Part shown: positions 45,231 through 54,382 of the stretch, piece after piece | How positions within the stretch are numbered: position 1 is the first letter of the stretch | How the letters are laid out: each line of letters starts with the position of its first letter | DNA from: a virus | DNA: 64,000 nt | Virus record (IMG/VR): IMGVR_UViG_3300005663_001084 | Coordinates: 24,929 to 88,928 of that record | Strand: one strand, 5' to 3' | Notes under the pieces: generated by a model | Told to the model about the DNA's origin: nothing | The model's database searches: none | What the model saw: the letters and a program-made list of their open reading frames with translations, nothing else | Made by a program: the position numbers and the translations under genes

Positions 45231-45688
45231 CAGCCCCAGGCTTCCTTGTCGTGCTGTACCAGCGCGCGGGTCATGTCCTGGGTGAGCGGCTCGACGTTGA
45301 TGGTGTCTTCCGACGGGACCGCAGCCATCCGCTTGAGCCACTGCCCTTCCGCCCCGGCCTGCGAAAGCGGGTCTGCCGTGTCGACCTCCCACTCCTCGCC
45401 GCTCGGGCTGAACGTGACAATGGAGATGTCGCCGCTCCCCATGGCCTGATTCAGATCCCAGTCCATCTTCGAGGCCCAGCGTATGGCGTCGAACTTGTTA
45501 TCGAACGCGAAGATTTCACCCTGGCCGTAGCGCTCGCCAGTCCCAGACATGGCCCAGTTGGAGGGCTGCATCGGGACGAGCCCACGCTTCTGGATATCTG
45601 AGACCCGGTCAGTGGGGGTGACGTGGTAGTACTCGACGCCCTGGGCCTCGGTGAGTATCCGTCTGAGGGCTCTGCGGGTGGGGTCCAT
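45230..45688 (-). CDS. L-family protein 15; possible ART-like fold
   Basis: Internal start MDPTRRALRRILTEAQ. Motifs YYHVTPTDR, GEIFAFD and EEWEVD. Confidence 0.6.
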   Translation of the reverse strand: MDPTRRALRRILTEAQGVEYYHVTPTDRVSDIQKRGLVPMQPSNWAMSGTGERYGQGEIFAFDNKFDAIRWASKMDWDLNQAMGSGDISIVTFSPSGEEWEVDTADPLSQAGAEGQWLKRMAAVPSEDTINVEPLTQDMTRALVQHDKEAWG

Positions 45689-45727
45689 GGAGGTGAATCT
45701 TACTCGTTTTGGCATCCCCGAGTCAAT
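45689..45727 (-). promoter_or_regulatory. sigma70-like promoter for the 45688-to-39672 L-family operon
   Basis: The reverse complement reads TTGACT-N18-TAAGATtcacctccATG. Confidence 0.5.
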
Positions 45728-45729
45728 TT

Positions 45730-45775
45730 GGTAGAAATTCCCTGCCGAAATAGCCCTCCGAATCCGATGATATAG
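45730..45775 (+). promoter_or_regulatory. class-1 conserved promoter, divergent from the previous one
   Basis: agaaattcCCTGCCGAAATAGCCcTCCgaATCCGATGATAtagg. Confidence 0.6.
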
Positions 45776-45840
45776 GTATAAGCCCGGCAGTGGCATCCCG
45801 ATGTGGGGCGACCTACTGCTTGGCACGGTACGGTGCGGTG

Positions 45841-46206
45841 ATGATCTTCAAGGACCTGATCAAACAAGACGAGTTTGCCGGGCACATGGTGTTATGCGTG
45901 CTCACTGCGCACGCCCAGGACGTGGCCAACGGCGACTTCCGCAAGGTCCCCGGCTGGGAGAACATAGACGGCAGGGAACTCGACATCATTCTGAGCATTG
46001 ACGGTGTTGAGGTTCCGTTCCAGCCCGCCATGGAGCGTATGGCCGAATGCCGCGAGGAGTGGATCAAGAAAGAGGCGTTCAATCTGTTCCAGGAGAAGCT
46101 GAGCGGCAAGTTCCCCGAAATCGGAGACCTGCTGGAACAGATCGAACAGAAGATCCGCGACGTTGCGCGCGAGACGTTGGGAATCGAACTGGAAGAGGAC
46201 TACTAA
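45841..46206 (+). CDS. hypothetical protein
   Basis: Internal ATG start MIFKDLIKQ. Confidence 0.45.
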   Translation: MIFKDLIKQDEFAGHMVLCVLTAHAQDVANGDFRKVPGWENIDGRELDIILSIDGVEVPFQPAMERMAECREEWIKKEAFNLFQEKLSGKFPEIGDLLEQIEQKIRDVARETLGIELEEDY

Positions 46207-46608
46207 GTGCGCAAGCCCAACCTGACCGTCGACGAGCTACTGGAGGACATCGAGTGCGAGGGTCTGCGCGAAGCTCAGGAGATCGTTTGCAAGTTCTGCG
46301 GTCATCCCTCCCACTCGGACACCTCGATCAGCAGACTGATCGAGGTTGCCCTGAGTCGTCTGGGAAATCACGACCACCCATCGGATGCTACACTCAAAGA
46401 CTCAGTTAAGTTCTACCAACTGAACTACTACATCACCCTCCTGGAGTACTGCCCGAACTGTGTCTGCGGCGGCGGGGACACCTGCTCGCCATGCCACTGG
46501 TTTCTGGTCACGGCCTCAGAGATCCTGCGCATGGCGGCGCTAGTCAAGACGATCCGACACATCCAGAAAGACGAGGACAAACCATGGCCTACGAATACGA
46601 AACCCTGA
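46207..46608 (+). CDS. Cys-rich protein
   Basis: GTG start. CKFCGH...CPNCVCGGGDTCSPCH. Confidence 0.45.
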   Translation: MRKPNLTVDELLEDIECEGLREAQEIVCKFCGHPSHSDTSISRLIEVALSRLGNHDHPSDATLKDSVKFYQLNYYITLLEYCPNCVCGGGDTCSPCHWFLVTASEILRMAALVKTIRHIQKDEDKPWPTNTKP

Positions 46609-46850
46609 AGCCCCAACTCCTCACCGACGACGGGCAGCGCATGTTCATCCAGGGCCGCGACGAGGTACTCAAGCTGATGCCGAACCGCAGCGACTCCGTT
46701 CTTATGGGTCGGGCTTTGGATTTCTTCAAGGCCGGGGACAGTTGGCTGAAGATGGCCTGTGTGGATCGTATGGTCGAGATCGGAGACCTCCACGAGATCT
46801 CTGGCGACAACGTCGTTGCCCAACACCGAGTATTCGTGAGAGCGCGGTAA
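46584..46850 (+). CDS. hypothetical protein
   Basis: Internal start MAYEYETLKP. Confidence 0.4.
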   Translation: MAYEYETLKPQLLTDDGQRMFIQGRDEVLKLMPNRSDSVLMGRALDFFKAGDSWLKMACVDRMVEIGDLHEISGDNVVAQHRVFVRAR

Positions 46851-46852
46851 TC

Positions 46853-47335
46853 ATGCCAGAAGATCACGACTGGAAAGCGATCAGCCAACTGATGGAGCAG
46901 GCGTCCGTCCTGGCCCAGCGGTACAATCTGTGCATCTGGAACGGCATCAAAGCTGACGGCAGCAGGCACATCGAAGCCTACCGCATGAAGCGTGGCGAGA
47001 AGGACGTTGTGCTGACTACCCCGAGCATGGAAAAAATGATCGAGAAGCTCACCGTGATGGCTGTAGAGGGGAAGCTGGAACATCACGACCGCGCCGTCGA
47101 AGACATCGACCCAGAGATCTGGCACCTGCACATCGACAGCGCTGCGTTCAATCTGCTGCACAAGACACAGGATCTGCACCAGACGTTCAGTCATCTGATC
47201 GGCCCGGTAGGGCTGGTGTACGACCGGTACTGCGTCATCGACATGCAGCTACGGAACCTGTGCCTATCTATCCAAAACCTAACCAGTTCGATACGCAAAG
47301 TCCCCATTCGAGAAAGAGAGAAGAAGCATGGATAA
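46853..47335 (+). CDS. hypothetical protein
   Basis: Internal start MPEDHDWKAIS. Confidence 0.45.
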   Translation: MPEDHDWKAISQLMEQASVLAQRYNLCIWNGIKADGSRHIEAYRMKRGEKDVVLTTPSMEKMIEKLTVMAVEGKLEHHDRAVEDIDPEIWHLHIDSAAFNLLHKTQDLHQTFSHLIGPVGLVYDRYCVIDMQLRNLCLSIQNLTSSIRKVPIREREKKHG

Positions 47336-48002
47336 TCCGATCATCGTGGCCCTCGATGGCATCGACATGTCGAAGGCTATCGCTCTCGCGCAGCTATTGA
47401 AGGATGACGTGTGGGGGTTCAAGGTCAACGACCTGTTCTTCCAGCACGGCATCCAGGCTGCCAACAACCTCGGGGTCTTTGGCAACGTCATGCTCGATGG
47501 GAAGTTCCACGACATCCCGAATACCGTGGAGAACACCACGAAGAAGATCGCAATCTTCGGCCACCCGGCTCCCGGCATCGTTACCATACACGCCTCCGGC
47601 GGCCCTGCGATGATACGGGCTGCTGTTGAGTACCTTCCGGGAAAGGTTGCGGCTGTCACCGTGCTCACGTCATTAGACGAGGACGCCTGCATGCACGTTT
47701 ACAACGTGCGGCCTGAGGTTGCCGTCAAGCGCCTCGCCAGTATGGCCCACGAATACGGAGCCAGCTTCATTGTGTGCAGCCCTCTGGAACTTGCCGCGCT
47801 CAAAGACATCCCTCGTCCCAAGATCGTCCCAGGCATCCGCCCGCTCTGGTACCAGGAGGCTGACGATCAGGCGCGGAAAATGACTCCTGCCGAGGCAATG
47901 GAAGCCGGGGCCGGGTTCCTGGTCATGGGCCGTCCGATCCTGCGCGCGGACGATCCGGTCGAAGCCGCGCAGCGCACACTCGAAGAGATCAAGAAGGGGT
48001 AA
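47328..48002 (+). CDS. pyrF: orotidine 5'-phosphate decarboxylase
   Basis: IVALDGIDM...FKVN; LDGKFHDIPNTV (catalytic DxKxxDIPNT); HASGG; VTVLTS; PGIRP; GRPI. All OMPDC signature blocks are present, in order. Confidence 0.85.
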   Translation: MDNPIIVALDGIDMSKAIALAQLLKDDVWGFKVNDLFFQHGIQAANNLGVFGNVMLDGKFHDIPNTVENTTKKIAIFGHPAPGIVTIHASGGPAMIRAAVEYLPGKVAAVTVLTSLDEDACMHVYNVRPEVAVKRLASMAHEYGASFIVCSPLELAALKDIPRPKIVPGIRPLWYQEADDQARKMTPAEAMEAGAGFLVMGRPILRADDPVEAAQRTLEEIKKG

Positions 48003-48004
48003 CT

Positions 48005-48823
48005 ATGTCACGCGACTGGAAGAACACAGGACTCTACCAGGAGTTCAACCAGGACGATGCGGACACCCGCGTCGAACGGTTCATTGAGGCCGCCGCCAAG
48101 CTGACCGTCGAGTTCCTGGAGGACCAGGATGCCTTCTGGCATTGGGACGGCCACAAGCACGTGGCGGAGTTGACCAGCGGCAAGCTGAGCAACTTCTTCG
48201 CCAACTGCACGCCGATCTTCACACACCCCGGCATCCAGAAGGACATCGCACACGCACTGTGCGAGAAGCTGGTGCGCAGCGTGTACGTCGGGATGGATAA
48301 GTTCCTGGGGAAGCCCGCAGGATACCACGGTCAGCCACGTATACTCACCGACGATAGGCTGTTCAAGACGCACCCTAACCGCTGGGTCGTCGGCTCCGCC
48401 ATGGGCAGCATCGGCCTCGCGCAGTCCATCGCCTCGGTCCTGGGCCAGGGCTGGAAGGCCGCATTCGCCGACAAAGGTGGCGACGGCATGGAACTCAAGC
48501 GGTTCGACCTGGGGGAAGCGCCCATGGTCCTGCTCTGCGAGGATGTGTTCACAACCGGTGGGACCATCAAGTCGACGATCATGGCCGTCGAGAAGAAGCA
48601 CGAGGACGTTCTCTTCGTGCCCGAGGTCCCGACCATCATCAACCGCAACCCGGGCTACTCCTTCCAGGTCAAGCAGGGTGGACCCGGCTTCCACTTCCCG
48701 GCGCTCATCACCAAGGTCGCTGAAACCTGGGACGATGTCACCAGCCTGCCCGAGCGCATGAAAGGCTGCGTCCCGATCCGGCCGAAAGTAGGATGGAAAA
48801 AACTAACAACCGCGATGTTATAG
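48005..48823 (+). CDS. type-I phosphoribosyltransferase, putative orotate PRTase, with a roughly 100-aa N-terminal extension
   Basis: PRPP-binding motif VLLCEDVFTTGGTIKS. Adjacent to pyrF. Confidence 0.6.
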   Translation: MSRDWKNTGLYQEFNQDDADTRVERFIEAAAKLTVEFLEDQDAFWHWDGHKHVAELTSGKLSNFFANCTPIFTHPGIQKDIAHALCEKLVRSVYVGMDKFLGKPAGYHGQPRILTDDRLFKTHPNRWVVGSAMGSIGLAQSIASVLGQGWKAAFADKGGDGMELKRFDLGEAPMVLLCEDVFTTGGTIKSTIMAVEKKHEDVLFVPEVPTIINRNPGYSFQVKQGGPGFHFPALITKVAETWDDVTSLPERMKGCVPIRPKVGWKKLTTAML

Positions 48824-48832
48824 GGGTTTGGA

Positions 48833-49351
48833 ATGGCAGAAAACACGTACCGTTGCTCCGTATGTGAACGAGACTTGCCGGAGTCAAGTTTCCATAAGCA
48901 ATCCAGAAAAGCAGGCAAAGCAGTTCGGCGTCGTCCTGTGGGCTACAAGTGCAGGACATGCCGGACGGAGTACAGAAAGCGGTGGTACCGGAATGGCGGA
49001 AATGCCAGTGTCAAAAGCACGAATCAGCGGCAAAGGTTGACTAATCCAAAGATCAGAATGCTGCATGCCGCGCGGAAGAGAGCGAAAAAGTTGGGACTGC
49101 CGTGCTCTCTGAGCAAGGAAGACTTCGAGATCCCGAAGATCTGCCCTGTTTTAGGTATCCATCTTGAGATTACTCTCGGAGGGATTACCACAAACACACC
49201 GACCATGGATCGGGTAGATAACTCAAAGGGGTATGTTCCTGGAAACGTCCAGGTCATCTCTTGGAGAGCAAACATGATTAAGCGGGACGCAACTATCCCT
49301 GAGTTGGAAGCGATTATTCGGTACATGCGGAAATTCTCCCCGGCTGCATAA
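48833..49351 (+). CDS. HNH homing endonuclease, lower-GC gene
   Basis: Motif MDRVDNSKGYVPGNVQVISWRANMIK. N-terminal CSVCER...CRTCRTEY. Confidence 0.7.
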   Translation: MAENTYRCSVCERDLPESSFHKQSRKAGKAVRRRPVGYKCRTCRTEYRKRWYRNGGNASVKSTNQRQRLTNPKIRMLHAARKRAKKLGLPCSLSKEDFEIPKICPVLGIHLEITLGGITTNTPTMDRVDNSKGYVPGNVQVISWRANMIKRDATIPELEAIIRYMRKFSPAA

Positions 49352-49387
49352 CTGGCGAGCGCTGGCCGACGAGAAGCTGGAGAAGTA

Positions 49388-49600
49388 GTGGGCAGCGAGA
49401 CGCTACCTTACGAGTGTTGGGCGATCATGTCTACGAACGAGAGCCCACGTGTCGTGCGGATCAACGGCCAGTTGGCAGTGTACGACAACCAGCCCGCCGC
49501 GTTGTTTAAGCTGGGTGACATCCTAGAGGCCAACCCAGGCAAGCAACACGCATACGCAGTCAGGCCTGCCACCGTCACCCTGGAGTTTCGAGATGAGTAA
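49388..49600 (+). CDS. hypothetical protein
   Basis: GTG start. Confidence 0.35.
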   Translation: MGSETLPYECWAIMSTNESPRVVRINGQLAVYDNQPAALFKLGDILEANPGKQHAYAVRPATVTLEFRDE

Positions 49601-49973
49601 AAAGTTCGAGCGCGCACGCGTCCGGGTCAAGGGGAACTACGACACGGGAGGCAGGCTGGGCTGGCAAATCGGACCCGAGATCTATGCTGAGCAGTGGTGG
49701 ATTCCTGTGCTCTGGGACGACGACGAAGATCCAGATTGCTTCAAGAAGGTTGGGCTCAACTTCCTGGATCACGGCCAGGAGCAGCGCGAACTCCGACAGA
49801 ACATCCTCGACATAGTCACCGACCTCGTGTCTAAGTTCATGTACTACAACCGAGAAGAAGAAGATGACACGCTCTCAGTCGAACGCCTGGAGCAGGCTTT
49901 CAAAGATGGCGTGATCACCCACGAAGAGGTGGCCGCCCACTTCCTGAAGGAACTGAAGGGCAAGAATGGATGA
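49593..49973 (+). CDS. hypothetical protein
   Basis: ORF. Confidence 0.45.
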   Translation: MSKKFERARVRVKGNYDTGGRLGWQIGPEIYAEQWWIPVLWDDDEDPDCFKKVGLNFLDHGQEQRELRQNILDIVTDLVSKFMYYNREEEDDTLSVERLEQAFKDGVITHEEVAAHFLKELKGKNG

Positions 49974-50361
49974 CATCCCACCACCACTACCACCACCATC
50001 ACCACTAACACGCGCTGATGTCGCCGCCGAAGTCGCTGAGTCCTTCAAGGACTACTACGACGAAGAGGATCGTGGCAAGCTGGAGGTGGCCAGCGTCGAG
50101 GGCATCGACCAGTACGTCCGCAGTCTGAACCTGTACTTCGTCATGGGCGAAATGGACGCAGACAGCGGCGGTCGTGGCTGGATTGCAGAGATCTGGGTCG
50201 ACGAAGCCAAGGCCGAGGAGCGTGCTACGTACATCGAAAAACGCGGTAAGCCTATCTACAAGTACCCGACCTTCTTCAGCGTCCAGGAAATCAACCTTGG
50301 CGAGGAGTTAGAGATCCACAACGAGGACAGAGACCCCCTGCCTCCGCAGCAGCTACCCTGA
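49966..50361 (+). CDS. hypothetical protein
   Basis: ORF with N-terminal Pro-rich repeat PPPLPPPSPL. Confidence 0.45.
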   Translation: MDDIPPPLPPPSPLTRADVAAEVAESFKDYYDEEDRGKLEVASVEGIDQYVRSLNLYFVMGEMDADSGGRGWIAEIWVDEAKAEERATYIEKRGKPIYKYPTFFSVQEINLGEELEIHNEDRDPLPPQQLP

Positions 50362-50371
50362 GGATCGCATA

Positions 50372-50563
50372 GTGCACCTGTATATGCTCTACTGCCTGAC
50401 GACGCACCGCGCCTTCCTGTGGCACTCGCCCAAGCGGGACGACACTGCGGCCGTCGCGAAGGCCAAGACGTTGCTGGTCAAGGGTGGGCACGGAAAGCTG
50501 TACAAAGGGCCGACCGGCGTGGACGAGATGGATTTCCTGGAGAACGTCTATGGCCCGCTATAA
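50372..50563 (+). CDS. hypothetical protein
   Basis: GTG start. Confidence 0.35.
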   Translation: MHLYMLYCLTTHRAFLWHSPKRDDTAAVAKAKTLLVKGGHGKLYKGPTGVDEMDFLENVYGPL

Positions 50564-50885
50564 CGATCTGCTTAACGAGCGCCCTCTCCCTGAGATGAAG
50601 TACCGCTGCTGGTTCCGTAAGGAAGATCCCAGAAAAAGGGGAGAAGTAGTCGAGGCAACCAATATCGAGGCTGCTGCCAAGATATTCGCTGAAGAGTGGG
50701 GCGATTGGGAGGAGGGTGTCTTCGACATCCTGGTCAATCCCGTGCGCACCGGTAAGATCTACAATGTCAAAGTCTCAGTGTGGCTGGAGCTAAACACTGA
50801 GACGGACAAGGTCACGCTGACCCGCATCAAGCTGGAAGGCCGCGAGAAGCCGAAGCGAAGGCCGCGCAAGAAGAAGAAGAAGTGA
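50550..50885 (+). CDS. hypothetical basic protein
   Basis: Internal start MARYNDLLNER. C-terminal tail KRRPRKKKKK. Confidence 0.45.
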   Translation: MARYNDLLNERPLPEMKYRCWFRKEDPRKRGEVVEATNIEAAAKIFAEEWGDWEEGVFDILVNPVRTGKIYNVKVSVWLELNTETDKVTLTRIKLEGREKPKRRPRKKKKK

Positions 50886-51094
50886 CCTGGGGATCTCCCA
50901 GGTCGACCTGCGCCCCCGGCCATCGGCGCATTGAGGTGTGTACCAAAATGGCAGCAGACCAAAATGATGCTGACAAAGACGTTATAAAGTTTTCCCCAAT
51001 CCTTGAACACGGTTATCCCCATGATGAGTTACGCGACCTAGCAGAGTTCCGGCAGAAAGTGCTGGCCAGCCTTATGATCAAGCCGTGGCAGATT

Positions 51095-51136
51095 TTTCCT
51101 GACCGATTTAGTCCTCCCAATCCGATAATACATAGT
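51095..51136 (+). promoter_or_regulatory. class-1 conserved promoter inside track ORF 50882..51355
   Basis: tttcCTGACCGAtTTAGtCCtCCcaATCCGATAATAcatagtATG. It sits in a roughly 240-bp AT-rich stretch. Confidence 0.55.
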
Positions 51137-51355
51137 ATGAGCATGACGACAGACGAAGTTGTTGCCTGGATGCTGGAGATGGCGGAGAGGCGCGTTCCCT
51201 TCCGCTTGGAGTACAACATCAACTACGGCGCGAACAATCGCATAGGCTGGAGCGTGTCCATCTACGGTCACATTGTGGTCGAGTTCGCCCCGACGTTCAC
51301 AGAAGCCATCGCAGAGGCAAAACGAAAGTACGCCGAGGTCCTGGCTGATGAGTGA
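51137..51355 (+). CDS. hypothetical protein (72 aa)
   Basis: Start MSMTTDEV is 7 nt after the -10. The upstream part of the track ORF is most likely intergenic. Confidence 0.5.
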   Translation: MSMTTDEVVAWMLEMAERRVPFRLEYNINYGANNRIGWSVSIYGHIVVEFAPTFTEAIAEAKRKYAEVLADE

Positions 51356-51653
51356 CGAGAAGCAGGCCTTTGGTATACTCGGCCGGACGGGCCAGTTCGA
51401 TGGACCGTGGAATTGGTACAGGTTCGACTATGCCGAGGACAAGTTAGTGGTCTCGGCAGAGCCCGTATTCCCGTGGAACACCGTGCACATGGCTCAGCAG
51501 GAAGCGATGAAGTTGATGAAGCAGGAGCCGGACCTCTGGACGACCCAGGTCGTGATCCAGCCCGATGGCTGGGGTCCGAACCTGCCGTACGAGAACAACA
51601 CAACCACCGGGGAGCACCTCGGCTTTGCTCCCTCAGCAGGAGGTAACTGGTAA
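51348..51653 (+). CDS. hypothetical protein
   Basis: Internal start MSDEKQAFGIL. Confidence 0.45.
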   Translation: MSDEKQAFGILGRTGQFDGPWNWYRFDYAEDKLVVSAEPVFPWNTVHMAQQEAMKLMKQEPDLWTTQVVIQPDGWGPNLPYENNTTTGEHLGFAPSAGGNW

Positions 51654-52105
51654 TGGGCGACTACGACGGACCCCCGATGATCCGCGCAGACGTGCGAATC
51701 AAGGGTTTTCAGATAAGCATCATGCGTGCGCTGAGCGAGGAGGTGCGGCCCTTCGCCGAGGACATCCAGCGGCAGGTCGAGCACGCGATCCAGAACATGG
51801 ATCTGGAAAAAGAGCTTGCGGATGTCGTCTCTTACCAAGCCAAAGAAACCATCCGGGACATGGTCAAGCGCCAGTTCCGCGACACCATCCACCAGGAGAA
51901 GTGGGAACAGAAGTTCCAGGCTCTCGTCGAGGAGTACGCCGACAAGTACCTGAACGAACTCGTCGAGGCAGAGGTTAAGCACCGAGTCCGAGACACCGTG
52001 TACAGCGTGATAGGCACGAAAATGCGCGCCACGCTCGGAGAGAAGGTCGAAACCTACGTCAAGGAACTGCTACATGACTCGGAAGGAAGCGGTCAGCCTG
52101 ATTAA
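51653..52105 (+). CDS. hypothetical protein
   Basis: ORF, ATGA-coupled. Confidence 0.5.
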   Translation: MGDYDGPPMIRADVRIKGFQISIMRALSEEVRPFAEDIQRQVEHAIQNMDLEKELADVVSYQAKETIRDMVKRQFRDTIHQEKWEQKFQALVEEYADKYLNELVEAEVKHRVRDTVYSVIGTKMRATLGEKVETYVKELLHDSEGSGQPD

Positions 52106-52273
52106 GGCCCGGCTCGGCGATATCGAGCATTGGTCTGCGGAGTTCAAGGAGCGTTGCACGGACGGCGTCCTGCGGCGGGACTTGATCTTGTTCGAGAAAC
52201 AGTGCAAGGTGTTTAGCGACGAGCTATTCATCCTGTGCCTGAAGACGCACGGCCATCTTGTGAGAGACGACGT

Positions 52274-52711
52274 ATGTCAGACGACAGCCCCCTCGACTAC
52301 GACCGGGTCCTGAACCGGATTGTCGACGGTATCGAAGGTATGCTGCCCGACCCGTTACAGTGGAGTTCGGACCGCGTCAAGACAATCATACGAGCGATCC
52401 TGGTCGAGGTGGAAGAGGTCGTCCACATCTCCTCGCACAACGCGGGATGCGCCATCGCGGCCAACAAGCTGCTCGACATCGCCAAGACAGGCAGGCACGG
52501 CGGAACCTTCGGGGGCGAGTCCATGGAGGCTTGCGCCCAGGAGATCCTCAAGCTGCACGCCGACCACCTGCGCATGGAGAAGCTGGAACGAGGCGATTCT
52601 CTCTGCATCGAGAGAGGAACCCCGATCACCACACGTCAGTTAGTCCTTCCCGAGGGGGACACGCTGCGAGAGCAAATCGACAAGGCCGAATTTACCAACG
52701 AGGTGACCTGA
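52274..52711 (+). CDS. hypothetical protein
   Basis: Internal start MSDDSPLDYDR. Confidence 0.45.
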   Translation: MSDDSPLDYDRVLNRIVDGIEGMLPDPLQWSSDRVKTIIRAILVEVEEVVHISSHNAGCAIAANKLLDIAKTGRHGGTFGGESMEACAQEILKLHADHLRMEKLERGDSLCIERGTPITTRQLVLPEGDTLREQIDKAEFTNEVT

Positions 52712-52790
52712 TGGACGTAGACGAACAGTTCGACAAGATCATCCAGGACGCGATCACCGAGGCGTCTGGGATCGACTGCTCCATCAAGGT

Positions 52791-53312
52791 TCAGTCGTAG
52801 AAGACGTTCTCAGTCTTGCCGCCATAGAACATGTGAGCGGCGGCAAGACGATTTCCAAAGGGTCCGTAGAAATTCTGGTTCGAGGCCAACCAGAATTCTC
52901 CACCTCTGCGGAGAATGTACGCAGCGTGCCAGTCACCGCTCTTGCTGCCTACGTACACGCGCCAGCTTTCGGAGTACCTGTCCTTCAACACACACTCGGC
53001 GATTCGCATCATGTCGTCGCAGTCGCCGTAGTTCAGGACCACGCTGACCCAAGGCACGCTGGAGTAGTCGAGTCTGCCGCCCCAGGGGTCCTGCTTCCAC
53101 TTGAAGCCGCGCTCCTTGTACCACGCTGCAAGCTGGTAGCCGGTCCGGAACTGACCGCGCATCAGCCGCAGTTCTCGTACAGCCCGGCGGCGCTTGAAGA
53201 AGTAACGAACGTACTGGCCAAGTCCCAGGAACCAGTCCCGGACGCGAACGCCCTTGTCGAAGACGAGATCGGCTGCCTCGGGGTGGCGAGCCAGCCAGCG
53301 GGGTGCAGACAT
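52791..53312 (-). CDS. hypothetical protein; possible Cys peptidase-like fold
   Basis: Internal start MSAPRWLARHP. Motif VLNYGDCDDMMRIAEC...DWHAAY suggests a Cys-His pair, but the call is weak. Confidence 0.4.
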   Translation of the reverse strand: MSAPRWLARHPEAADLVFDKGVRVRDWFLGLGQYVRYFFKRRRAVRELRLMRGQFRTGYQLAAWYKERGFKWKQDPWGGRLDYSSVPWVSVVLNYGDCDDMMRIAECVLKDRYSESWRVYVGSKSGDWHAAYILRRGGEFWLASNQNFYGPFGNRLAAAHMFYGGKTENVFYD

Positions 53313-53322
53313 GTGGGTCTCC

Positions 53323-53739
53323 TTATGGCTGAATCCGGTACGCCGCCCCGTCCCACTCCCCACCCAGCTTCTCCCAGGCTCTCGCAGCGGCTTTGGTAAG
53401 CTGAACGTCGCTCCTGACTGCCAGACCATAGTATCCGGCCAGCGCCTTGAGCACACGGCCGTACAAACCCTGGCCTCGGTACTCATCATCGATGTTGGCG
53501 TTCCGGACGACCAGGAGGCCTTTATCCCAGCCGTGGAACAGGTGACCTTCGCCGACGCCCTCACCATCGTGAAACACCATCCAGTTGATGGAGTTAATGG
53601 CGTAGGGCTCGACACTGACAGTGAACCCGTCTCCGATGCTGAACTCGGCAGGCTGTTCCTTGCCGATCATGGCCAAGGTATGGTCATCGGCCTCGTGGAG
53701 TTCCCGGGTCACAATCTGGTGTACAGGCGGGGCTTCCAT
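53323..53739 (-). CDS. GNAT family N-acetyltransferase
   Basis: Motif A DDEYRGQGLYGRVLKAL. Confidence 0.6.
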   Translation of the reverse strand: MEAPPVHQIVTRELHEADDHTLAMIGKEQPAEFSIGDGFTVSVEPYAINSINWMVFHDGEGVGEGHLFHGWDKGLLVVRNANIDDEYRGQGLYGRVLKALAGYYGLAVRSDVQLTKAAARAWEKLGGEWDGAAYRIQP

Positions 53740-53782
53740 GCCAGAATCCTAGCATAGCGCCGATCTCTCAGCAAATCCCCAG

Positions 53783-53825
53783 TTTTCACCTAGCCAAATA
53801 GCCTTCCCAATCCGATAACATAGTT
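53783..53825 (+). promoter_or_regulatory. class-1 conserved promoter
   Basis: ttttcaCCTAGCCAAATAGCCtTCCcaATCCGATAACAtagttATG. The ATG opens only a 14-codon ORF before the real gene at 53903. Confidence 0.6.
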
Positions 53826-53902
53826 ATGGAGCCTCTCCTACAGGACCAGTTCACAGAATCCAGGCATTGAGCCGGTAGAGACAGAACCCCCGGAGTACTA
53901 CG

Positions 53903-54382
53903 ATGAGTGACAAGAGTGTTGTCGCGTTTGATCCCGATGCCCTCAAGAAGGCGATCCGTGGCCGCGTCCAAGCCGCCTTCGTCGACATGATCCCGGACGA
54001 GGCCTGGGACAAGATGGTCAGCGGGGAGATCGACAGCTTCTTCAAGGAACCGCAGAAAGTCGTCACGGCGGAGGAGAAGCGCCACAGCCGGAATCAGTCC
54101 TGGCAGAGCGACCAGTACGAAATCTCCCGCGTCGAGATGACGCCTTTCCGGCAGGTCGTCTACGATCAACTTCGGCCGCTCGTCATCGCCGAAATCGTGA
54201 AACGCATCAATTCCGCCAATTTCGAGTCTGTGTGGTTTAACGAAGGCGAGCACCGGCTCGGACCCTTTTTTGAAAAGATCCTCCGGGACTGTGTACCCGA
54301 AATGGTGGCTCTCATGTTCAAGGGCGTTTTCGCCCGTGCAGCCGGTGCCACGATGGAGAGCCTCAGGAACCAGCAGTTCTAA
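53903..54382 (+). CDS. hypothetical protein
   Basis: GGAG lies 8 nt upstream. Confidence 0.5.
   Translation: MSDKSVVAFDPDALKKAIRGRVQAAFVDMIPDEAWDKMVSGEIDSFFKEPQKVVTAEEKRHSRNQSWQSDQYEISRVEMTPFRQVVYDQLRPLVIAEIVKRINSANFESVWFNEGEHRLGPFFEKILRDCVPEMVALMFKGVFARAAGATMESLRNQQF

Noticed and set aside
2700-45688. The conserved N-terminus being a DNA-level repeat (recombination or promoter element), not a peptide motif
   Set aside because: Copies differ at many synonymous third positions (for example GCTACC, TCCACC, GCCACC and CCCACC for the x-Thr codons) while the amino acids are held constant. This indicates protein-level selection.
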